A DNA stretch of 32,274 bases from Seison nebaliae (taxonomy: Eukaryota): assembly GCA_023231475.1 (NCBI GenBank), contig JALJEE010002501.1:1-32274 (forward strand), written 5' to 3'. The position numbers and the translations under genes are program-made. Positions 1 through 10,178 of this stretch are shown piece by piece. The notes beneath the pieces are model-generated. The model was not told the DNA's origin. It saw only the letters and a list, made by a program, of their open reading frames with translations, and searched no databases. Position 1 is the first letter of the stretch; every line of letters starts with the position of its first letter.

Positions 1-655
1 TAACGATTGAATTGGATATACAGATCGGACGGTACGAGTTGACACATGAGGGATCTTTAGGAGCACCTTTAAATACTGGTATCACTAAGAACGTCAACAT
101 TGATTTAGATACAATTCCGTCAAGAATAATTCGATTTATCTAGTTCAAAATAATTCAGATATTTTACCTGTTTTTACTAACAATTGTAAGAACGACATTA
201 AATTCTTCTCTTCTATTTCGAATTCCGTTTTTTCGAATGAATCGATCGGGTACAATGGTATTTGTGAACCGTATTTTTTGTTTAGTTCATTCCAAATCCA
301 CTTCTCTTCGAATGTCAGTTCGTCAATGAGAATGGGTTCTTCCGTCGGACATTTTCTTAAATTTTCAATGATATTTCTTTGTTATTCTATCTGCCCTTCC
401 ATCAAATTTATTCTTGCTAATAACGTTGATAATTGCTGTTGGGAATTTCCGTTATTATTGTTTGATTCATCGTGGTCGCCATGTTGTGAGGGGCTAGCAG
501 AAGCGTCACGTTGGTTCATGAAGATACAGATGTTTAACATCGAAGTCAGGAAAGATTTTATTAATGTTGCTATTTTATTATAAAAAGAAGCGAGGAAAAA
601 GCTAAAGATTTATAAAAAACTGATTTATTCGTTTTACTCGTTACACTTGGCACAT
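1..655 (-). mobile_element. Non-LTR (LINE-like) reverse transcriptase-related sequence, truncated by the window edge; spliced gene or decayed element
   Basis: Minus strand 139..1 translates INRIILDGIVSKSMLTFLVIPVFKGAPKDPSCVNSYRPICISNSIV, the IP.xK...YRPI motif at the start of non-LTR RT domains. It is preceded by a candidate mini-intron (181..140 GTTAGT..TAG, or 177..140 GTAAAA..TAG). A possible ATG lies at 655 with intron 644..602. There is one in-frame TAA near 386, and no endonuclease domain is visible upstream. Confidence 0.7.
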
Positions 656-717
656 GGCTTCTTAACTTTCTTAAACTATAAACTTTAATGCAACTTAATA
701 AATAGTTTATAGTTGTT

Positions 718-1582
718 ATGACAATGAAGAAAAAACTGAAGAAAAAACAAAAAATTTTTCGACCGTATCAACCACCAGATTTTTTAGATGTTAAACAATT
801 ACGAGCTGAATTGCCAGAATATCGTATTGGAGATCAAGTTAGAATTTCAATTTGTTTTCGACATGTTACATTTATTTTATACGTAAGTTAGTTAATCAAT
901 TGAAAAAATTTCCGATAAATCACCGAGATGTAGACGAAGAAACAAGAGTACATACTTCCTTTCTCAACCGATTTACGTCTGAAGAACTGAAGGATATCAA
1001 ATATGTCTTCGATATGTTCTCTAAGGAATTTACAAAGTTTTTTTTGTTTTCTCCAACAAAGAATTCAATAGTTATTGCCAGCGAATTGACAGGACCGGAA
1101 CTTCATTTAGCACTTCAAGTTTTCAACATCAAATTATCGATCGAAAAATGTGATCAAACTGTATATCGATATATTATGGAAGAAATGGAAGATGGTCAGG
1201 GAGAGAAGGAGAAGAACAAAGTTCGATCATTCGATTTCGAGTGTTTTCTCAGCATTCTCATGGAAATGCAAGAAATGTCTGTGAACGATTTTCATGATGA
1301 TATTATTTCCGTGTTCAATCAAATGCTATCATGTTACTAATTCTTCTTCCCAATTTTCACCTGAATTTTCAACCAGTTGTTAATGATAAATCGATATCGA
1401 AGAAGGATTATTTGCAAGTTGAAGACTTTTCTGAAATGATGGCAGATCTGAATATTCCTATCTCCAAAAGGCGTTTGGAAGAAATGTTTCGATATGCCAA
1501 CAGCAAAGGAAATGGGAAATTGACTCGAGATGAATTTATTGACTGTATGAATTCCACAGACTTATATTATCAACACTTATAA
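718..1582 (+). CDS. EF-hand (centrin/calmodulin-like) protein, spliced
   Basis: ATG 718; introns 838..887 (GTTAGA..AAG) and 1333..1376 (GTTACT..CAG) join the ORFs in frame. EF-hand-like segments are FDMFSK..ELTGPEL, FDFECFLSIL and MFRYANSKGNGKLTRDEFIDCM. Confidence 0.8.
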
Positions 1583-1934
1583 CAAGGAATCTTAATGAAG
1601 AAATATCTTCATTGAAAAATAAAGAACAACATTTGCATTTCTGTTTGTTTATGCCTATCAGTTTTTCCTTCTTCAAATAGATTGAAATAAAAAAATGGAA
1701 ATTAAAAGTTGAAGTTATGAGTCTAATATTATTTCGTTGTAGAATAAAAAGAATAAAATGAAGATTATTGGTCAAAAGAAACTATGTCTAATTTATTGAA
1801 ATGAAATTTTTAAGAAGTTTTCTTGTCAAATATTTCCATTTATTGTGCCAAAATAGATTGGATTATTATGAGAAAAAATATTTTTAAATATTTAGCCTGA
1901 AAGAATTTGAAAGTTGAAATAATAATCATCAAAT

Positions 1935-3672
1935 ATGAATTTGTATCAGACAGTTGAGAATCCGATTCTATTGTTGGGTGCTGGTGGATTAGGATGTCAA
2001 GTATTGAACAGTTTGGTTATTCCTTCTTTTATTTCTCCATTTATATTGTTTATGTCGTATAGGCGTCTTTACAATGTCGTAATATTCATGTGATTGATAT
2101 GGATACTATTGAGATAACGAATTTGAATCGACAATTTTTATTTGAGTTCATTTTTTCCACATCAATTTACCTGACGTTTTAGTGAGGAAGATATTGGAGA
2201 ATCTAAAGCAGTAATTTGTGCTAAAAAAATCCACGAAAGTTTTCCTAAATGTCAAATAACTCCGTTAGTTTCCTAAATTCATAACGATTGTTCATTCGAT
2301 TTCAGACATTTTAAACAAATTGAAGAATTTTCAAGAGAATTTTATAAAAGTTTTCTTTCTCAAATATTCTCTTTTCCAATGATTGCTAAAGTGATCTCTT
2401 AGAGTTCGATGTTGTTATTTGTGGTTTGGATTCGGTCTCCGCTAGAAGATGGATCAATTCTACATTGGTATCTAATTTCTGTTATCCTATTATTCAATTA
2501 GATTTACAAACAGATATCTCTAGTTGAATATGATGATAATAAGGCTGTAATCAAATCGTCAATCATACCATTGATTGATGGTGGAACTGAGGCATATGAT
2601 GGAAATGTACGAGTGATTATTCCAACAATAACGGCCTGTATCGAATGCTCTTTAGATCTCTTTCCCTCAAAAGTTCACTTTCATTTAATCAATTTTAATT
2701 AAATTAAAATTTTGTAGAAAACTTTTCCATTGTGTACAATAGCTAATCGTCCAAGAAATGCGGAACATTGTATTGAATATGTCAAATTAATTTTATGGAA
2801 TAAAGAACAACCATTTGGCAGTTGATTCTCTTCTCATTATTTATCTTCCTTCAACATTTAATGAAGATATAGAATTAGATATTGATGACGTCGATCATTT
2901 GGAATGGATTGAAAATGAAGCGAGAAAACGAGCGGAATCATTTCATATAAAAGGAGTCAATTCTCATTTGACAAAAACAGTTTTAAGAAATATTTTACCT
3001 GCCATCGCTACAACAAATTCGTTTATTGCGAATGTGTGTGCTATCGAATGTTATAAATTATTAAAAAAGTTATTTTATATTTCTTTTCCAAATGAAAATT
3101 TGATGAATGGAAAAAGAATGGATAATATCGATAATTGGCTCCAAATCAATAACGTCGATCAATTTTATTTATACGTATGGAAATATGACAAAGAAGTTTG
3201 TCATAATCAGATTTGAAATAATTTCCTTTTTAGGATGATTGTTTGGTTTGTGGTGAACAAATTTCTTATATGAACGCTGACCTCCATTGGACATTACAAG
3301 AATTGATCGATCACATGAAAACTAATGACAAATTGTTTCCAAATTTTTCTTATATCTATTCTTCATTTTACTTTATTTTTTATCTATCGCTAAAGAAATT
3401 TATCAGATCCAAGTCTAACAACGAAAACGACAAGAAAAGATGTAGAAAATTCCCATCAGACTCTATACATGAAACGACCGATTTTTCTCCGTCGTGCAAC
3501 CGAAGCCAATTTGTCGAAAACATTAAATCGTTTTTCGATTATTTTCTATTCATCTAATTTCCTTCTTTGTACGATAGAATTAAAAGTGACGGAGGATAAC
3601 ATCTTATATATTACTGATGATTCGATATCTGGAACGTTACAATTACAATTGAAATTTAACTGTTTTGATTAA
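1935..3672 (+). CDS. UBA3: NEDD8-activating enzyme E1 catalytic subunit, 12 exons
   Basis: Motifs [54 protein letters not shown], catalytic [27 protein letters not shown] and NLSKTL. Introns 2016-2062, 2146-2182, 2264-2305, 2350-2402, 2468-2513, 2673-2717, 2821-2866, 3069-3116, 3196-3233, 3335-3395 and 3530-3577 give one continuous frame. Confidence 0.95.
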
Positions 3673-3824
3673 TGTTATTCTCATAAGAATTATATCAAAT
3701 TCGAAAGATTAAAATTTACAGATTTAAAAATAAATAATTAATTTTCTGAAATTTTATTCGAAAATATCATTTCTTCATAAAATCTTCGAAACAATAAATT
3801 TAATAGTTATTAACATTCCCCAAT

Positions 3825-4632
3825 TTAAGTAGCTGGGGCTGGTTGTTCTGCTCGTAATTCCGTCTTGATTTCAGGCTTCGTCTCTGGCTTCGGTTCGATA
3901 ATTTGTACATTATCTGGAAGAGCTTCTTTCGGCCCTGATCGTCCATTAGTATCATGTTTCAACATAATTTTCACTTTAATTCCAATTACTCCTTGTCTCA
4001 AGAGAACATGACGAACAGCTTCGTCGATGTAACTTCGAGTTGAGTTACCTGAATGTATCATAAGACCTTCACCAAATTTCGTCGATTTAGCACGTTGTCC
4101 TCTCAACTTTCCACTTACAATAATTTCGCATCCTTGAGCTCCTGATTCCATGATGTATCGTAGAACACCATAACATGCACGTCGGACAGCTAATCCTCCA
4201 AGTAATTTGTATCTTAAAGATTCAGCTTGTGTTGCTGCACATAACCCACGAATTGCCAATTTGGCAGCATACAACTAATAATAATAAATCGAATAAAAAT
4301 ATTTTCGAAAACAATTGTAAACTTGTAATTTGCCATCTGGAAAATTAAATCTTTGTTGAACTAATGCAGTTAATTCTTTAATTCGATGTCCTTGTTCTCC
4401 TAGAACGGCTTGAGTTCTCGTTGCTCGAATGATGATTTCAGTAACTGTTGGCGTTTGTCGCACTTCCAAATTGGAATAACCATCTTCGGCCAATTCACGT
4501 GCGAAGAACTCTCCTAATTCAGCTCGCAGCAAACCATATTGAACGGCCTGAAATAGAATGGAAAAACGATATTCCGATTCTTAAAAACAGAAAGATACAA
4601 ACAGCTTTTTTCACGGAAATCTTCTTGTCCAT
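3825..4632 (-). CDS. RPS3: 40S ribosomal protein S3 (uS3), 3 exons
   Basis: Motifs [49 protein letters not shown] and [13 protein letters not shown] 4632; introns 4602..4548 (GTTTGT..CAG) and 4322..4275 (GTTTAC..TAG). Confidence 0.98.
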
Positions 4633-5024
4633 GTTGATTGAAAATTGAGATGTTGTTGTAAATTATTTCAAATTTTAAATTTACAAAACTATCTTTTTCC
4701 ATGTAATAAAGTGAAAAATATAAATTCATTTAGATGTTTATTCTTCATTTAAATATTCAGCTTCTCCGAAAAATTGGTAAATATTTGAAAGAACACAAAA
4801 ATTGAAGAATTTTCAATATATTAAATTGAAAGGATTGTTTTGGTTTTTGCGAATAAATTTTTCTGAATTCTAATGTTGCACAACTTGCCATCTTTATTGA
4901 AGGGGGAAAATATGGAATAAATAATTTAAAATGTGGTTGAAAGTAAGAATGAAATTTGTGAGGAGGAGATGAGTATCTTACAAAATGAGAATTATATGAA
5001 ATATTTTGATCTATTAAAATTGAT

Positions 5025-7124
5025 TTATTGATCAACAAGTGACAAAGACAAAATTTTCTTTAAAGTTTCATCTTCTTCACTTTCGATTTTCATCTTCTCC
5101 TTCTCATGAGTCTCCAAACTAAGTTTGATTGCTTCTTGTAAATCCGTGTCAACATCATTCGACACTTGAGTGATAGTCTGCACAAATTCTGGCTCTAATT
5201 TGAGACTTTCCTCGATCGCTTTTTGCATTTCATTCTGAAATTTTGGAAGAGATAAATTATTTGTATCATTCAACATTTCTTTCAATGTCAATTTTTCTGA
5301 ATATAAATTGTCACCCAAATCATCTAATATTCAAATAAAATTTTCTCTTCACACAAATGAATAATAACCATGAAGTTCTTCTTCAAAATCTAATTCTTCT
5401 TCAATATCTTCTTGAACATTAAATGCTTTGAACAAGTTTTCAATATGTTCCATTTCACTATCTTTCACTACATACGACGAATCAATTTCAAACACTTCAT
5501 CCGATATTTCACAGACCTCCTAAATAGAGAAGATAAATTAATTTTTCTTATAAACATTTTGTTAATGAAACCTTTTCCTTATTATAGTTTACGTATTGTG
5601 CGGCGGTGCGAGATGAATTGACATTTTCAAAAGAGAATTTTATTTTAATGATTTTATACAATGGAACTTCTAATAAAGATAAATGATTAGATTTATGAAT
5701 AAAAGTGAAAACTAACCAATTTTTAATGGAAATCCATGAGGCAATTTCTCTTCGATGAAATCACATAACTTCTTCACATAAGTATTGGTATGAGATAAGA
5801 GATGGAGAATGGGAAGAATATGTTTCTCAAATTTCAATGGATAATCATTATACAACCAAAGATTAGTGCGAACACTAAACGATTTGGAAGATTGATCTAA
5901 CGATTTCGTGGTGAAACCATTCTTCCCTTTCGATAATGCATCGAAATATTCGGTTTGATTTAGACCGTCAATTTTATCCGGTTTCTCTACTTCTTCCTTC
6001 TCCTCTTCCTCTTCTCCATTGTTGTTTGTCGTTTTCTCAATATGTTGTATATACTTCTCGTCATCGAACAATTTCATTTTGTCTTCATTCTCCAAATTCA
6101 TATTCGTCTTCAATTTATTTAATTCTAATTTCTCTTCTGATGTACATCCTAATGAATTGAACATAGTTGATGCTTGTGCTGCAAAATTCTTATGTTGCTT
6201 CTTCCAAAATTCTTTTCTCTCATTCGACAAATGAGACATGATGGAACGATGAATAATTGTACAATTATTGGCCGTATATACTTCACAATCGAAGTCGTCG
6301 ACCACTTCAGATCGGTCGACTCTCCAGCCATAGAATCCGGATTTGCATCTTTGGAATTGGATAGACTCCGTATCGAGATATGTCGTCGTCATTGGAGTAG
6401 TTAAACGGAAGAGAATATTGGCATCACTTATCGCAAATTTACCAAATAAATTCTCAGTATTCTCCTTCTCATTCTCTTCCATCTTTTCTGTCGATCGACT
6501 ATCGGGCGATGATTGATCTGTCGTCATTCGAATCCGATGTTCTGTCAATTGTTTCTTTTCATGATTAACCGTTTTGATGAGAATATCATTTTCTTCTACT
6601 GTCACATAAATGGAATTGAGACCACGTTGCCAAACGCCATTCTCATTGCCACATAACGTCCAATCGATTCGAACTTTTCTACCTTTCTTATAAATTTTAT
6701 AACAATCATTCGGACAATATTTTGATATGAATGGCAACCAAGAACTAAATTCCATTTTCATTTCCACATAATAATCAGCTGCTTGTTCCAAATGATTAAC
6801 TAATTTAGGAAATTCATTTTCTATCGATAACATTCTCTGATAATCTCGCCATTGATGAATGAGTCGAATCATTTCTCGATTTTTTGACATAACTGCAGCT
6901 TGTACACATGACCAGCCGAAACCGTCACAAGTTTTCGCATTCGCTCCATTATTCAATAAATCTCTCGCACATTCCATTCGAGCTAATCGTGCAGCTATGT
7001 GTAACGGAGTGCGACCAAATCGGTCCTCTTCATTCACCAGTTGTGGAAAACGATTAATATAAGTAGAGAGAGTCGCTGGTTTATCATCCCAAACTAATCG
7101 GTGGAATGTTTCAGGTGCCGGCAT
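5025..7124 (-). CDS. ANKRD13: Ankyrin repeat domain-containing protein 13 (ANK + GPCR-chaperone domain + UIMs), 4 exons
   Basis: Ankyrin GRTPLHIAA; family motifs DYYVEMKMEFSSWLP..CPNDCYKIYKKG..VRID.TL and LPHGFPLKIEVPLY; C-terminal UIMs EMQKAIEESL, DLQEAIKLSL and TLKKILSLSL. Introns 5716..5670, 5571..5520 and 5368..5324. Confidence 0.92.
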
Positions 7125-7692
7125 ATTAGTTCGGGAATTATATTTACGTATTCTCACTACTATTCTCTAACTGTTTTTTGTGATAAATAAGATTTATGTA
7201 AAATTAGATAAGTCGAAAGCTTTCGATTCGATTTACTTACTTCAAACAACCCACCAACTAATCGACAATAATTCCACAGTATCGAAAGAGCAAAAACAAT
7301 CTATTCAGTTATTAATATATCCGATTATTTATATAACTTAATTGATGGTGTTGTGATTGATAAAATGAATTTACCACATAGATACTGACCAGAAATATAT
7401 AAAGGAGAGAAGTAAAATCGAAAAACGAAAAAAAATTGTAAAAATTGTCATAAAAAAAAAGGAAAATTTATTTTCTTTTGTTAAGTCAAAAATGAATGAA
7501 TATAATGTTATTGAATTTTCTATTAGTTAAGTGTTTCGCATGCAGATAAGTAGGAAGATAAAATAATCTGCTTATCATCCATCAAAAATAGTCATACTTT
7601 ATGATCAACTGAAAGAAGAAGAGTCATTTGGAAATTTTGATTAAAAATTAGATCAATTAAAATTCAGTTCAATTTCAATTAGAAAGCGAACA

Positions 7693-9690
7693 ATGACGAA
7701 ACATATTTCAACTAATCCTTACTCGTCATATACTAATGGTTCAGTCGTTGATAACGTATCTTATGTGGAAGCTACAGAGAGAGGTGATTTTGCATGCAGC
7801 AAATCAGAAGATGCTCTTCGACGATTTACTTCGGGTGGATCTTCGGTGGAGTTTCATGATCATAATATTCATGACACCGTTGCTAGTGAGCTACATGACC
7901 TTGTTTACTCCGAAGCCGATCCTTTATGTTTAGAGCAGACCATAAAAAAGATCGTTCAAAGGAAACAGGTGTTGATAGTCGACGATTCTTATTCGAAATT
8001 TGATACTACTTGTTTTGATTTTCATTCAAATTCTTCAAAACTTACTTTCTATATAGTTATAAGCAATGAAACTCTAAAATTATTGAAAACGAAACTTTAT
8101 GAGAAATTAATTTCCGAATTAATTAAAGGTCGATGTAATAGAGAACAGATCTTATCGAAACGTTCAGTCAGAAAGCGTATCGAAACAATTGTCGACGATC
8201 ATTATGGTCAATTGTGCAGTCGTTAGTTGTTGAGAATAAGAAAAAATGTCTTTATTATTTAAGATCCATGTATTGATAAGGAACATATGAAAGAATTAAA
8301 TATGCAATGCGCTGCCGATTTCTTAAATCTTGCTAAGAAGAATGGAGCTGCTTTACTTATACAGAAGAATTGGAGGAAACATTTAGTTCAATTTCTTCTA
8401 TACAAAAATTTCTCGATAATAAACTTCTGATAATTTAGATTTCAAAATGGTACCGGAATATGAAGAAGGCTTCAATTCGAATTCAAGCATGGTGGCGAGG
8501 TATTATGGTTAGGAATCATGATAAATTTTAAATATGAGACAAAGAATCATTTGTTAGATAAGACATCATATGGTGATTCTGCTAGATATTGGCAATGAAG
8601 CTATTGGTTAACGATTTGACTTATTTTGAAAAAGATTAATGAATTAAATTTTAGAGAATGATGTTTCATTAACTCAAAATTTACAGGAATTTCAAAAGAA
8701 TAATTTTCTTACCGATACACGTCTTGTACATACAACTCGAAAAGGAACCGTTACTTTATACCATATCCATTTAGTGACATTAGCATCGGTGAGTCAATTA
8801 TTAAGAGATCCATTACTAGGTGCCAAAACTGCTGATGATGCTAAAGGAAAAGTTTTAATTTTTATGAAAATTTGAGTAAAACATATGTCATTAGATATGT
8901 TTTCGAGCACCACATATTCCTAAAAAAATCATGGAAACTTTATTTGATTTCATGTATGGATATCGAGTAAATATAAATCTTTTGTGGTTGGAGGATTATT
9001 TGAGTGCTGCTAGAGATATCGGTTTTAAAGAACTGGAAAACATTTGTTGTGACTTATTACAGGTCAATCATTTTTCTAAATTATTATCCTTCAGCAAATT
9101 AATCATGTTATTAGGAGAATGCAGCCGAAAGAGCATTTGTTGAGGAGAGGACGAAGGTAGTCCAATGCACTGATTTGCCCCCATTAGACACTTATGATAT
9201 GTTGACAGCAATAGCGAATGAAGGATTAATGAATTTTTCGAAATTCTCATCTAAATTTCGAGATCTTACACCTCGCGATGTACGTCGATTATTAGCGTCT
9301 GATGAATTAACTGTAAAGTTATTGAAATTCTTATTAAGAAGAAACTAATTTAAATCATTCCAATTTAGAGATGAATTTGAAGTGTTCCGTGCAGCTAATC
9401 GATGGTATTCTTATGATTTTAAGACGCGTGAATTACATATTCCTGATGTATTCATGTCGATCAGATGGCGTAACTTGCCACCTTGGGAGATAAGGAAGTG
9501 TGTTCACCAATTACCGGTTATGATGAAGAATAGACGATTGGCGTATGTGATTACTGAAGCTCATTGGTATTCATTCTATAAACATTATGAGGTGTTCCAC
9601 CCACAACTCAGATTAGTTGCTGATCCACAACGTCACGGAATGCAAGAACAGGAAGATGATGGAAGATGTGTCGAGAAATGTATTTTATAG
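7693..9690 (+). CDS. IQ-motif + BTB + BACK domain protein without Kelch repeats, about 9 exons
   Basis: The spliced frame gives IQ motifs AALLIQKNWRKHL and ASIRIQAWWRGIMIR, a BTB domain (NFLTDTRL..YHIHLVTLASVSQLLR..METLFDFMYG..YLSAARDIGFKELENICC) and a BACK domain (FRDLTPRDVRRLLASDELTVKDEFEVFRAANRW). Introns 8012-8056, 8222-8263, 8386-8438, 8508-8557, 8607-8654, 8852-8894, 9063-9114 and 9318-9368. The start codon is uncertain. Confidence 0.85.
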
Positions 9691-9932
9691 AAACGACCTA
9701 ATTAATTGCAGAGATTGTTCTCCTCCTTCGTGTTAAACATCAGATTTCTTCTTTAATGAATGATTATCGAAATAAATTGATTTCATGTTATTATGATTTG
9801 CCATTTTAAACAATCTATATATCAGATAATTGGAAAATCAAAATTTTCTCATTCCAATCCATTCGAATTTTCTCAGAAATTATTTCAATAACTCAAATCA
9901 CAGTAACAGTAAAATATTCGTCTTTCCCAAAC

Positions 9933-10178
9933 ATGATACTGAAAATTATAGTACTTTTTTGTATTATCCAAATTGTTACGGTTAACGCACAAACTTTCCA
10001 TTATACATCTGGATGGGGAGGCAAACGGGCGTACTGGAATACAGATGGCAGGAAACTATCATCGGATTTGAGAACATTATGCGCTTTATGGAAGCAATTT
10101 GTCTTCATATCAGATATGGCGCCATTGTGGAATGAGAAAACGGTTCGTTCAGTTGCACGTATATGTAAGAAAATTTGA
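9933..10178 (+). CDS. Corazonin/GnRH/AKH-family neuropeptide precursor; predicted mature peptide pQTFHYTSGWG-amide
   Basis: A 19-aa signal peptide ending VNA is followed directly by QTFHYTSGWG-G-KR (amidation Gly plus dibasic site). The QTFxYxxGW pattern matches corazonin (pQTFQYSRGWTNamide). Confidence 0.92.
   Translation: MILKIIVLFCIIQIVTVNAQTFHYTSGWGGKRAYWNTDGRKLSSDLRTLCALWKQFVFISDMAPLWNEKTVRSVARICKKI

Noticed and set aside
385..387. Stop-codon reassignment (TAA as Gln) to explain in-frame stops in the RT-like sequences
   Set aside because: UBA3, RPS3, NOP14 and the GPCR end at TAA, and no conserved exon contains an in-frame stop, so the standard code fits.
278..583. Plus-strand 101-aa ORF and other short ORFs overlapping real genes (e.g. 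4448, 5412, 5936-6404, 6859, 21012, 23862, 24821, 26160)
   Set aside because: These are antisense or off-frame shadows of supported coding regions.
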